From a virus, in the IMG/VR virus record IMGVR_UViG_3300042564_002580, positions 32,001 to 96,000 of that record: DNA of 64,000 nucleotides. One strand, written 5' to 3'. The notes beneath the pieces were generated by a model, which was not told where the DNA came from, did no database searches, and worked only from the letters and a program-made list of their open reading frames with translations. The position numbers and the translations under genes are program-made. Below are positions 55,068 through 64,000 of the stretch, piece after piece; within the stretch, counting starts at the first letter, position 1; each line of letters begins with the position of its first letter.

Positions 55068-55868
55068 ATGAGCAACGATTTAAAGTGGATGATATCATCC
55101 GATCAACAATTTCCGTATCAAGATGATAAAATGATTGCGCTTTGGTTCAAGGTTATGAAGTGGTTTAAGCCAGATGTTGTGGACTACCTTGGAGACACTG
55201 ATGACCAAGCTTGTTACAGCAAGTATACAGAGGGTCGTTCCGCAGAATTTTTAAATCTTCATAAGACTGATAGCCGAGACCTTATTGTCCCAATGATGCG
55301 TCATGAAGCAAAAGGGGCTAGAGATTTTTACACAAAGACAAGAGAGATGCTTCCAGAGGCTCAGCTTTTTTCAGCACTAGGAAACCACGACGTTAGAATT
55401 TTTAACTATGTTGATGCAAAGCTTCCTGACTATATTAATGAAGTTACTCCAGAAGCACTATGGGGGCTAGACTCTTTAGGATATGAATATATCCACTATA
55501 ACGAATTACCAAAGCGACGCTTTGGGGATATCCACGTTCACCATGGACTTTCAATTGCATCAACTGGATCTGTTCGTAAAGATATGGAAGACCTTCAGAT
55601 ATCATTAATAAGAGGCCACTCTCATAGAATTGCTTCTCATTTAGTTACATACGAATTAAGAAACAATGGCGAAGGAGAAACTCTTCGTGGCTATGAGCTT
55701 GGTCACATGTGTGATGAAAAGGGACCAGGAATGAAATATATGCAACATCATGATTGGCAAAAGGGGTTTGCTGTTGCACACATTGTAAATGATTACCCAC
55801 ATATTAATATGATTCATGTGGCACCAGACTATTCATGTGTTGTTGATGGGAAGCTAATTACGCTATGA
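55068..55868 (+). CDS. Calcineurin-like metallophosphoesterase
   Basis: SDQQ, LGDTDD, LGNHD, HHG, GHSHR motifs. Confidence 0.85.
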   Translation: MSNDLKWMISSDQQFPYQDDKMIALWFKVMKWFKPDVVDYLGDTDDQACYSKYTEGRSAEFLNLHKTDSRDLIVPMMRHEAKGARDFYTKTREMLPEAQLFSALGNHDVRIFNYVDAKLPDYINEVTPEALWGLDSLGYEYIHYNELPKRRFGDIHVHHGLSIASTGSVRKDMEDLQISLIRGHSHRIASHLVTYELRNNGEGETLRGYELGHMCDEKGPGMKYMQHHDWQKGFAVAHIVNDYPHINMIHVAPDYSCVVDGKLITL

Positions 55869-56053
55869 TGAAATGCAATAGATGCCAAGGAAGAGTTTTT
55901 GTTGACAGAGTATTTTCGCAAAAACTACACGTAGAGCTTTTCTGCTTGTTGTGCGGTAAAAGATGGATGATTAATAAGGATACGAGTGCACTAGGTAAAT
56001 GGTTAGAAAAAAGAGAAAAAATTCAGCTAAAAGCATTCGGTATTTCTTCTTAA
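55865..56053 (+). CDS. Zinc-ribbon protein
   Basis: CNRC...CLLCG. Confidence 0.75.
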   Translation: MMKCNRCQGRVFVDRVFSQKLHVELFCLLCGKRWMINKDTSALGKWLEKREKIQLKAFGISS

Positions 56054-56481
56054 ATAACAAGATACATAAAGTATTAAGTCATTCAAGATCTAAAGACCAA
56101 ATGGTTGCTTGGTGCTATCCAGATAAAAAGAGATTGCTTTATTCCTATTCACAAGTTTTAAAAACTATGGAGAATGCATATTCAACTAGTCAAGTAGCTC
56201 AAATGCTTGGTAAGCATAAGGTAACCATAGAAGATTATATTTTGGACGGGAAGATAAGATATCCTCAGAAAGTATATCCAATAGGTAATCCAGATAGTAC
56301 TTGGTATAAGTTTATGTATAGTGAATCGGACATTATGGACATACATGAGTTTATATTAGAATCAGGATACTCTAAGGATATGCCATCAAAGAATGAGATG
56401 AGAGCTCTTCTCAAACACAACACTATATTGTATACTAAGACCAATGAAGGAAATTTTGTACCAGTATGGAAAGCAGAATAA
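55999..56481 (+). CDS. Helix-turn-helix DNA-binding protein (MerR/excisionase-like)
   Basis: YSTSQVAQMLGKHKVTIEDYILDGKI. Confidence 0.7.
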   Translation: MVRKKRKNSAKSIRYFFLNNKIHKVLSHSRSKDQMVAWCYPDKKRLLYSYSQVLKTMENAYSTSQVAQMLGKHKVTIEDYILDGKIRYPQKVYPIGNPDSTWYKFMYSESDIMDIHEFILESGYSKDMPSKNEMRALLKHNTILYTKTNEGNFVPVWKAE

Positions 56482-56588
56482 TGTCTAACAGGGTAGTAGT
56501 CTGTGACATATGCAAGAAAGAGATAGAATTACGTTGGGGCATCTTTGCTCATGACAGTTTAAGCAGACATAGAAAGGCTGAGCACTAA
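56481..56588 (+). CDS. 35-aa C2H2-type zinc-finger microprotein
   Basis: Hand-translated MSNRVVVCDICKKEIELRWGIFAHDSLSRHRKAEH; TAATG overlaps at both ends. Confidence 0.75.
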   Translation: MSNRVVVCDICKKEIELRWGIFAHDSLSRHRKAEH

Positions 56589-56797
56589 TGGAAAAAGGAA
56601 CTCAAGTTAGAGTAGACTTATCTTTTACACGCAACCTTGGTAACTTTGAAAGCATCAAGATTGGTATTGGTGTAGATGATTTTGTGCGAGACGGAGAGAC
56701 AGTAGATGCCGCAGCAGACAGAGTCTATAAGTTTGTTGAAGATAAGCTAATTCAAAAGACACAAGAAGTAGAAGAGGAATTGCGTGGCAGTAAATAA
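56588..56797 (+). CDS. Hypothetical protein
   Basis: TRNLGNFESIKI motif; coupled start. Confidence 0.8.
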   Translation: MEKGTQVRVDLSFTRNLGNFESIKIGIGVDDFVRDGETVDAAADRVYKFVEDKLIQKTQEVEEELRGSK

Positions 56798-57098
56798 AGA
56801 ACCCTACATTCTTCTTTCTTTGTACTCTATTCTATATGAGGAGGCTTATAAAACAAAGCCAACTATCAATAGGTATAAGGAAAAATGGGCTATGCAAGAT
56901 GTTATAGATAGCATAGGGTTTGATAGAGCTAGAGATGTTTTAGAATATTATTTTAAGACTGGAAAGAATAGACACCCACTTAATTTCTTTTACAATAATT
57001 TTGACAGAATAGAAGACATGATGATTCAAATTAAAGAAGATAAAGTTAACAGAAGCCGTCTGTTGCAAGAAACTAAAAGAATGGTTGAGGATAATTAG
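56784..57098 (+). CDS. Hypothetical protein upstream of helicase
   Basis: ORF track; overlaps both neighbours. Confidence 0.75.
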   Translation: MAVNKEPYILLSLYSILYEEAYKTKPTINRYKEKWAMQDVIDSIGFDRARDVLEYYFKTGKNRHPLNFFYNNFDRIEDMMIQIKEDKVNRSRLLQETKRMVEDN

Positions 57099-58333
57099 TG
57101 AATACAGAAGCAGAGCTAATTTCAGCAGTTTGTAAAAACAAAGACATAAGCACCATTCTTGCAGATAATTCAGACGACCTGTTTGTATCCCATAAGGATA
57201 TCTGGGAAGGCCTTAAGTCATACTACTATAAATTTAGGGCAGTGCCAGAAGCTACAATTCTACAGGATAAGTTTAAAGACTTTGAGCCAGTTGAAACAAA
57301 AGGAGAAACTGGTTATTACCTAGATAAATTAAAAAATGAATTTGTAGGGAATAAGTTGAAGACTATTCTTATGCAAGCAGGCTCATCTCTAAAAGAAGAC
57401 GCACCCTCAAGAGTTCTTGGCACAATGCAGTCACAACTCGCAACACTAAGTCGATACACAAACAATGTTAAGGATTTAGACATTACAGATTTAGACTCGG
57501 CTGAAAGACACTACGAGTCAGTAAGAACTAGATCGTTAGCAATGGGAGGAAGCCCAGGAATTTTAACAGGCTTCGATGCAATTGATAAAGCTTATCCAAC
57601 TGGAATGGCACCAGGCCACCTTATCGTTGCTATTGGTTGGCCAGGACGCGGTAAGACTTGGTTTACATCTTACCTAGCATGCAAAGCTTGGGAGCAGGGA
57701 TTTAAGCCAATGATTGTTTCTCTTGAGATGGCACCAGAGAATATGCGAGATAGAATTTATACAATGCTTGGCTCTGGTTTATTTAGAGCAAGCGATTTGT
57801 CAAAGGGTGACATTAACATTGATGATTTTAAAACATGGGGAAAAAAGAAGACAGAAGGTAAGAATAGCTTTATCCTAGTTTCAAATGAGGGAGCTGGAGA
57901 AGTAACACCTGCAACTATTCAGGGAAAGATTGACCAGCATAAGCCAGATCTAGTTATCCTTGACTACCATCAGCTGTTCAATGATAATAAGAGAAGTAAT
58001 TCTGAAGTTGAAAGAAATAGAAATATCTCAAGAGACTTCAAACTCCTTGCTGTAACAAATGGAATTCCTATTATTGATATTACTGCTGCAACTGCAGATG
58101 ATATCTCAGATCAAAAAGAACCTCCAATGATGAGCCAGGTAGCATGGTCAAAGGCTATTGAGTACGATGCTGATATGGCTATTGCAATTCATAAGCATGC
58201 AAATACAGATCTTATTGAGGTTGTATCTAGAAAGAATAGGCATGGTCACGATTTTAGATTCTTCCTTGACTGGGATATCAATAGAGGAGTCATTACTCCA
58301 ATCTATGAAGACCTTCCAGAGCTGAGCAAGTGA
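57098..58333 (+). CDS. dnaB: Replicative helicase, DnaB family
   Basis: TGFDAID, Walker A GWPGRGKT, SLEM, LVILDYHQL, IEYDAD, KNRHG. Confidence 0.93.
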   Translation: MNTEAELISAVCKNKDISTILADNSDDLFVSHKDIWEGLKSYYYKFRAVPEATILQDKFKDFEPVETKGETGYYLDKLKNEFVGNKLKTILMQAGSSLKEDAPSRVLGTMQSQLATLSRYTNNVKDLDITDLDSAERHYESVRTRSLAMGGSPGILTGFDAIDKAYPTGMAPGHLIVAIGWPGRGKTWFTSYLACKAWEQGFKPMIVSLEMAPENMRDRIYTMLGSGLFRASDLSKGDINIDDFKTWGKKKTEGKNSFILVSNEGAGEVTPATIQGKIDQHKPDLVILDYHQLFNDNKRSNSEVERNRNISRDFKLLAVTNGIPIIDITAATADDISDQKEPPMMSQVAWSKAIEYDADMAIAIHKHANTDLIEVVSRKNRHGHDFRFFLDWDINRGVITPIYEDLPELSK

Positions 58334-58620
58334 CCCATCAAAATATTAAAAGGTTTCAAATAAGAGTTGAGTTTTTAGATGATTCAGATATGATCAGAAT
58401 AAAAAAACAATATGATGATTTGCTTGTAGGCCAAATGAAAGACGCTGGATACACAAGGGTACTTGACATAGACCCAGCTTTTTCGGTAGAATTTGACGGA
58501 CAAACATGGAAGTTCTTAATGACCCTCCATGGAGTTTATGTAGGAAAGAAGAAGGCATGGCAATTAGAGGGTATAACCCAAGGCAAATTGATACATCGGA
58601 ATACTCCTCTGCCCACATAA
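58330..58620 (+). CDS. Hypothetical protein
   Basis: GTGA overlap with dnaB; natural composition. Confidence 0.7.
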   Translation: MTHQNIKRFQIRVEFLDDSDMIRIKKQYDDLLVGQMKDAGYTRVLDIDPAFSVEFDGQTWKFLMTLHGVYVGKKKAWQLEGITQGKLIHRNTPLPT

Positions 58621-59546
58621 AATCAATAGTTCAAAGTTTAGGAATAGATATGGTTGGAGAAACTTCCAACGACTTTCTTGCCTATTGTCCATTTCATTCA
58701 AATAGACACACCTCAAGCTTTAGTATAAGTAAAACAAAAGGTGCATATATTTGCTTTAACCCATCATGCGGTGAATCTGGAACAATGAGCGATCTAGTAA
58801 AAAAGATTTTAAACAAAAATGAATTTCAGTCTCTAAGGTATATCGAATCAAAGCAAAATGAAGCTCTAGAAAATTTTGACGAATCCCTTAATGAGATGTT
58901 AGAAGACAAGCCAGATTTCGTTGAATTCCCAGAAGAGACACTAGTTAATTTACACAAAGGTTTGATGAATAGCGATAAAGGAAAAGACTATTTAAAATCT
59001 CGCGGTATTGACTTAGATTCAATTAAACATTTTTCATTAGGGTATTCGGATAATATGGATATGATAACTGTACCAGTTCATAGTCCAGATGGAATCCCAG
59101 TTGGAGTTGTTGGACGATCCATTTCTGACAAAAGATTTAAGAATAGCAAAGACCTTCCAAGAAGTAAAACTATGTTTAACATACACCGTGCTAAAAAAAT
59201 TGGAGATAGGGTTATTGTCGTCGAGTCTAGCTTTGATGCAATTCGTGTTCACCAAGCTGGCTTTCCAAATGTTGTGGCTACATTGGGTGGTCACATATCT
59301 GGACAAAACCTTAACCTGTTAAATAGATACTTCAATACAGTTATTATTATGACAGATGCGGATAAGGCTGGAAGAGATTTAGGCTCAACAATTGCATACA
59401 AATTAAGTAATAAAAACATCTTGTGGGCATCGCATTCTTATGGTAGAATATATCCAGAGGGTGTAAAAGATGCAGGTGATATGTCTGATGAAGATATTAA
59501 AGCCTGTATAGCAAATGCCATATCTAATTTCGAATATAAAAATTAA
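58557..59546 (+). CDS. dnaG: DNA primase (CHC2 zinc finger + TOPRIM)
   Basis: CPFH..SF..CFNPSC, YLKSRGI, VVESSFDA, MTDADKAG, KDAGD; ATG 58557 after GAAGAAGG. Confidence 0.9.
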   Translation: MAIRGYNPRQIDTSEYSSAHIKSIVQSLGIDMVGETSNDFLAYCPFHSNRHTSSFSISKTKGAYICFNPSCGESGTMSDLVKKILNKNEFQSLRYIESKQNEALENFDESLNEMLEDKPDFVEFPEETLVNLHKGLMNSDKGKDYLKSRGIDLDSIKHFSLGYSDNMDMITVPVHSPDGIPVGVVGRSISDKRFKNSKDLPRSKTMFNIHRAKKIGDRVIVVESSFDAIRVHQAGFPNVVATLGGHISGQNLNLLNRYFNTVIIMTDADKAGRDLGSTIAYKLSNKNILWASHSYGRIYPEGVKDAGDMSDEDIKACIANAISNFEYKN

Positions 59547-59604
59547 ACAATAATATAAGTGATCACAAACGGATATATACCGTTACATACATAAGGAGAA
59601 TAAA

Positions 59605-60279
59605 ATGGGAATAGTAAAAGGTTTGTCAGGAATGACAAAGGCAATGGACAAGGTTACATACACTAGTTCAGAAGATAGCAAGGCAAAGTGGTTAAAGATT
59701 GAAGATGGAGAAGCAGTAAAGATTCGCTTCTTGCAAGAGCTTGATCCAGATTCACCACACTATAATGAAAAAATGGGTTGCGGATTTTTTGCAATTGAGC
59801 ACACAAACCCTAAAGATTATCGCCGTAAGGCACTAGACACAATGGAAGATGAAGGCCGTGACTGGGCTCAAGAACAGCACCGTAAAGATCCAAAGGCTGG
59901 CTGGGGTGCAAGAAAGCGCCTATATATTAATGTCCTAGTTGATGACGGAAAGACTGAGCCATATGTAGCAATTCTTTCTCAAGGAGTAAGCGGTAAAACA
60001 ATTACACCAACACTGATTGAATATGCAAATGAAATGGGAAGCATCACAAATCTAATGTGGCGTGTAAAGCGTAGTGGTCTTAAGACAGACACAAGCTACA
60101 CAATTATACCGTTGGCTAAAGATGAAAAGCCATTCGACTTTTCTGCTGTCGAGCTGTTTGATTTAGAAAAAACAGCAGTGCGTAGCGTTCCATACGCAGA
60201 GCAGGAAGCATTCTATACTGGTGAGTCATCTCCAGAAGAACGAGAGTCATCTTCAACAAGTAGCAGCGTAGACTGGTAA
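59605..60279 (+). CDS. Single-stranded DNA-binding protein (gp32-like)
   Basis: KIRFL, LYINVL, KRSG..TSY, acidic/Ser tail ending VDW; position between primase and polymerase. Confidence 0.7.
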   Translation: MGIVKGLSGMTKAMDKVTYTSSEDSKAKWLKIEDGEAVKIRFLQELDPDSPHYNEKMGCGFFAIEHTNPKDYRRKALDTMEDEGRDWAQEQHRKDPKAGWGARKRLYINVLVDDGKTEPYVAILSQGVSGKTITPTLIEYANEMGSITNLMWRVKRSGLKTDTSYTIIPLAKDEKPFDFSAVELFDLEKTAVRSVPYAEQEAFYTGESSPEERESSSTSSSVDW

Positions 60280-60304
60280 GAGAGAGTATAGGCGGAGAAT
60301 TAAG

Positions 60305-63300
60305 TTGAACTTCACACATTTACATGTGCATTCTTTCTATTCATTAATGGATGGGCTTAATTCTCCCGCCGAACTCGTAAAAGCTGCGAAGGAAGCAGGG
60401 CAGACTTCTTTGGCAATTACTGACCACGGAACTTTGTCTTCACACCGTGAAATGCAAATTGCATGTAAAGATCAAGGCATTAAGCCAATTCTCGGAGTTG
60501 AAGCTTACATTTCTCCGACAGATAGATTTGATCGTTCATCTAAGACAGATAAGTCTATTCAGGCTTATAACCACATTATTCTTTTAGCTAAAAATAAAAA
60601 AGGTCTTGAGAATATTAATATACTACAGGAACTTGCATGGAATGAAGGTTTTTATCACAAGCCACGTATTGATAGGGAGGTTCTTAGGGAATATGCTGAA
60701 GGCATTATTGTATTGTCTGGATGCCTTAATGGGCTTATCTCTAAGGCTATCGAAAGGGGCGAATTTTCTGAAGCTAAAATGGTTCTCAAAGATTTTCAAA
60801 AAACTTTCGGTCAAGATTTTTATGTTGAGGTTCAATCTCACAATCCGCAAGAAATAAATTTAAAGCTGCTTGAATTAGCAGATGAGCTTAAAATAAAGGC
60901 GGTAGCAACAGGTGATGCTCATTTCGCTAAAGAAGAAGACCGTGTACTAGAAGAAGCAATGCTTATTCTATCAACATCTCCTAAGTCAGATAAAGATGCA
61001 GACTTTGAAATGTCAAGACAAATGCCAGATATGATGGATAGATTTAATTACCTATATCCAGAACGTAGAATATCATTTCAAGACTATAATCTATTTATTC
61101 AAAGTAGGTCTGAAATTGAGGCGGACTTTAATAAAGTAGGAATTACTCGTACAGACATATACGATAATACAATGGAAATTGCTGATAAAATTGGCGAGTA
61201 TGACTTCCATGAGGGGCTAGATCTGCTACCTATCCCAAAGACCAATGCTGACAAGAAACTGTCTGATATGGCCTTAGAAGGCCTTAAAAGACTATCCCTA
61301 GACAAAGATCAGGTCTACTTGGATAGAATTGCAGAAGAATTATCTATAATTAAAGATAAGGCATTTGCTTCATATTTCCTAGTTGTAGCAGATATGATTA
61401 CATGGGCTAAGTCAAATAATATTATGGTTGGCCCAGGACGTGGCTCTGCAGCTGGCTCATTAGTTTGCTATGCCCTTGGAATTACAGATGTGGATCCAAT
61501 TAAATATGATCTTCTATTCTTCCGATTTATTAACCCAGAGCGCAATGACTTCCCAGATATTGATACCGATTTTGAAGACCGCCGTCGCAAAGAGGTAAAG
61601 GATTACTTAAAGAAAAAGTTTAAGCACGTTGCATCTATTTCTACATATACTTATTTTAAAGATAAGGGTGTAATTAGAGATGCTGCAAGAGTATTCATGG
61701 TTCCCCTTTCAGATGTTAATCGTGCAATGAAATCGATTGATACATTTGAAGACTTTATGGATTCGCCAAATACAAAAGAATTTAGAGCAAAGTATCCAGA
61801 AGTAACTTGGCTTGCAGAAAGACTTCGTGGAAAGATTCGAAGTGTTGGAGTCCATGCTGCAGGTGTTGTAGTTGCAAAAGATGATTTAAGAAAGTACGCA
61901 CCAATAGAGTCCAGAGCTGATGCAAATGATGAAGTCTCTGGAAGAATTCCAGTCGTGGCATACGATATGGATACGGTTGCAGATATCGGTCTTATTAAGC
62001 TAGATGCCCTAGGTCTTAAGACTTTATCTGTGATCTCTGATACTTTAAAATCAATTAAGAGTCGATATGACAAAGATATTAATCTTTATGACATTGCTTT
62101 AGATGATGAGAATGTTTATAAAATTTTTAACGATGGATACACAAAAGGAATATTCCAGGCAGAAGCAACACCATATACAAACTTACTTATAAAAATGCGT
62201 GTCGATAAATTTGAAGACTTAGCTGCATCAAATGCTTTGGTTAGACCAGGAGCTATGAATACAGTTGGAGCCTCTTACATCAAGCGTAAGCACGGTAATG
62301 AAGCAGTTAATTATATCCATCCAATTATGAAACCTTTTACAGAAAATACATACGGGGTGATTATATATCAAGAGCAGGTTATGCAAGCATGCGTACACCT
62401 AGGAGGAATGACTTGGTCAGAGGCTGACAAGGTTAGAAAGGTTATTGGTAAAAAGCAAGATGCAAAAGAACTCAGTCCATTCAAAGATAAATTTATTCAG
62501 GGCGCTAAAAAGCATATCAGCGCAGAAGAAGCAGACAATCTCTGGAAAACATTCGAAGCTCACGCTGGATACTCATTCAATCGTAGTCACGCTGTCGCTT
62601 ATTCTATGCTTTCTTATTATACCGCTTGGCTTAAGTGCTATTATCCTTTGGAATTTTTATTCTCGATCCTTAAAAATGAAGGGGACAAAGACGCCAGAAC
62701 AGGCTATTTGATTGAGGCTAAGAGGCTTGGGATTAAAGTTAAGCTGCCACATGTAAATGAATCAGATGTAAATTTTTCACTACAAAAAGATTCAATTAGA
62801 TTTGGTTTAGCTGAAGTTAAATTTATTTCAGACAGCATTGCAAATAAAATTATTGAAAAGAGACCTTATGAAAACTATAAAGATTTTGTTGACAAGGCAT
62901 CCAAAAAGGGTAGCGGCATTAACTCTAGGGCCGTTAATTCTCTTAATGCTATTGGGGGCGCTGCTTTTGATGATAACCCTAGAAGCGGTAAAGAAGCAGA
63001 GTCTTATTACGAGTTTTTAGGAATACCTTCCTTTAACCTATCCAACTTAGAGCCAAGAGTAAAGGCACAAGCTAGACCTATTGATGAGTTTGAAGAGCTA
63101 GGATCTTTTGTTATGTTTGGAATGGCTAAAAGTATAAAGCGTGGGAATGGCTGGTCACGAATAGAGTTAGTCGATGAAAGTGGATCTGTTGGACTGTTTG
63201 ATATTGAACAGACAAAAATAGAAACAAACAAAATGTATTTTGTTTTAGTTGGAGACAATAGAATATCTAGATATATAGATGTAGATTCTATTACCAAAGA

Positions 63301-63574
63301 TTCAGATGATCCATTTGTAAAGTATTTATATGCAAAGTCTTACCCTATTGACGAAAATCAAAGGTTTGTGATAAGCTATACTCCATATAAAACAAAAGCT
63401 GGCAAAACCATGGCTCACCTTGTAATGTCAGATAAAGATAAGAATTTAAATAGAGCAATTGTGTTTTCAAGCATGTACCCACTTTCGTTGGCAAAGATGC
63501 GAGAAGGAATGATATGCGAGCCAGTTCTAAAAACTTTAGAAGATGGAACACTTATGGTTAAGGAAGTAAAATGA
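60305..63574 (+). CDS. dnaE: DNA polymerase III alpha subunit (family C)
   Basis: HLHVHS.YS..DG, AITDHG, GPGRGSAAGS, PDIDTDF, HAAGVV, YSFNRSHA. Confidence 0.96.
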   Translation: MNFTHLHVHSFYSLMDGLNSPAELVKAAKEAGQTSLAITDHGTLSSHREMQIACKDQGIKPILGVEAYISPTDRFDRSSKTDKSIQAYNHIILLAKNKKGLENINILQELAWNEGFYHKPRIDREVLREYAEGIIVLSGCLNGLISKAIERGEFSEAKMVLKDFQKTFGQDFYVEVQSHNPQEINLKLLELADELKIKAVATGDAHFAKEEDRVLEEAMLILSTSPKSDKDADFEMSRQMPDMMDRFNYLYPERRISFQDYNLFIQSRSEIEADFNKVGITRTDIYDNTMEIADKIGEYDFHEGLDLLPIPKTNADKKLSDMALEGLKRLSLDKDQVYLDRIAEELSIIKDKAFASYFLVVADMITWAKSNNIMVGPGRGSAAGSLVCYALGITDVDPIKYDLLFFRFINPERNDFPDIDTDFEDRRRKEVKDYLKKKFKHVASISTYTYFKDKGVIRDAARVFMVPLSDVNRAMKSIDTFEDFMDSPNTKEFRAKYPEVTWLAERLRGKIRSVGVHAAGVVVAKDDLRKYAPIESRADANDEVSGRIPVVAYDMDTVADIGLIKLDALGLKTLSVISDTLKSIKSRYDKDINLYDIALDDENVYKIFNDGYTKGIFQAEATPYTNLLIKMRVDKFEDLAASNALVRPGAMNTVGASYIKRKHGNEAVNYIHPIMKPFTENTYGVIIYQEQVMQACVHLGGMTWSEADKVRKVIGKKQDAKELSPFKDKFIQGAKKHISAEEADNLWKTFEAHAGYSFNRSHAVAYSMLSYYTAWLKCYYPLEFLFSILKNEGDKDARTGYLIEAKRLGIKVKLPHVNESDVNFSLQKDSIRFGLAEVKFISDSIANKIIEKRPYENYKDFVDKASKKGSGINSRAVNSLNAIGGAAFDDNPRSGKEAESYYEFLGIPSFNLSNLEPRVKAQARPIDEFEELGSFVMFGMAKSIKRGNGWSRIELVDESGSVGLFDIEQTKIETNKMYFVLVGDNRISRYIDVDSITKDSDDPFVKYLYAKSYPIDENQRFVISYTPYKTKAGKTMAHLVMSDKDKNLNRAIVFSSMYPLSLAKMREGMICEPVLKTLEDGTLMVKEVK

Positions 63575-63795
63575 CAGATAGCACTGAAGACGTATTCAAG
63601 ACGATGAACTCATCTAGGGTTCTAGTTGCGATATTAAATAAGATAGGATCTATTGAGATTCCAACCGAAGACTTTGTAAAAGCAAGTAGCGAGGACGCTC
63701 AGCTATCAGTAACTTATAATAATGAAACATTGTCATTTGAGTTTAAGATTGAGGATAAGGGCACAGATTCTAACCTTGAAGTGATATCTGATTAA
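63571..63795 (+). CDS. Hypothetical protein
   Basis: ATGA overlap with dnaE. Confidence 0.75.
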   Translation: MTDSTEDVFKTMNSSRVLVAILNKIGSIEIPTEDFVKASSEDAQLSVTYNNETLSFEFKIEDKGTDSNLEVISD

Positions 63796-63799
63796 TCAA

Positions 63800-64000
63800 A
63801 TGGATATTAACTTAGATGACATCTTAGCAAAGCTAGATCCCAAGACCAGGGCTAGAGTACAATCCGCTGTTGATATACAGGTGGATAGGCAGCCTACTTC
63901 TAGTATAGGTTTAAACTTTGCCCTTAATGGTGGATTTGCTTACGGCAGACAGATACTTGTATGGGGAAATAAATCGGCTGGAAAATCTTCTTTCTGTCTG
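63800..64000 (+). CDS. recA: RecA/UvsX-like recombinase, N-terminal part (truncated by window)
   Basis: Hand-translated ...PTSSIGLNFALNGGFAYGRQILVWGNKSAGKSSFCL: RecA-type GG..GR motif and Walker A. Confidence 0.8.
   Translation, partial: MDINLDDILAKLDPKTRARVQSAVDIQVDRQPTSSIGLNFALNGGFAYGRQILVWGNKSAGKSSFCL

Noticed and set aside
1-64000. Alternative genetic code, prophage or host chromosome origin
   Set aside because: Long genes are intact in code 11 and use all three stops; no integrase, att-linked host genes or rRNA are visible

Overview
This is a 64-kb segment of a large, AT-rich, long-tailed dsDNA phage genome (Caudoviricetes, siphovirus-type morphogenesis genes). From left to right it holds: a leftward early-type region of micro-ORFs with repeated promoter modules (1-730); an accessory island (GT32 glycosyltransferase, tRNA-Ile(UAU), JmjC-like and two P4H-like 2OG-Fe(II) oxygenases); a lytic-transglycosylase-like gene, class II RNR and a holin-like gene; a cluster of fibre-like virion genes ending in an FN3 protein with a (SPPFFPPGFF)x8 tail, followed by five P4H-like oxygenases; head genes (portal, protease/scaffold, capsid); neck and tail genes with a -1 frameshifted chaperone pair; a 2857-aa tape measure protein with an embedded kinase-like domain; tail-tip genes ending in a 1232-aa protein with TSR-like Cys repeats, a (TIN)x21 tract and a C-terminal Hint domain, again followed by a P4H-like oxygenase; and a replication block (DnaB, DnaG, SSB, DnaE, start of RecA-like). 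Leaderless promoters, GACAC and CRP-like boxes and gene content suggest an actinobacterial host, possibly a low-GC freshwater lineage; this is inference. The best candidate for an undescribed system is a module that occurs twice: FN3 fibre protein + low-complexity repeat + poly-Gly (with or without Hint), a W(D/N)GxxF chaperone-like partner, and dedicated 2OG-Fe(II) hydroxylases. This may be phage-encoded post-translational tailoring of virion fibres. All family calls come from reading motifs by eye; no database searches were run.
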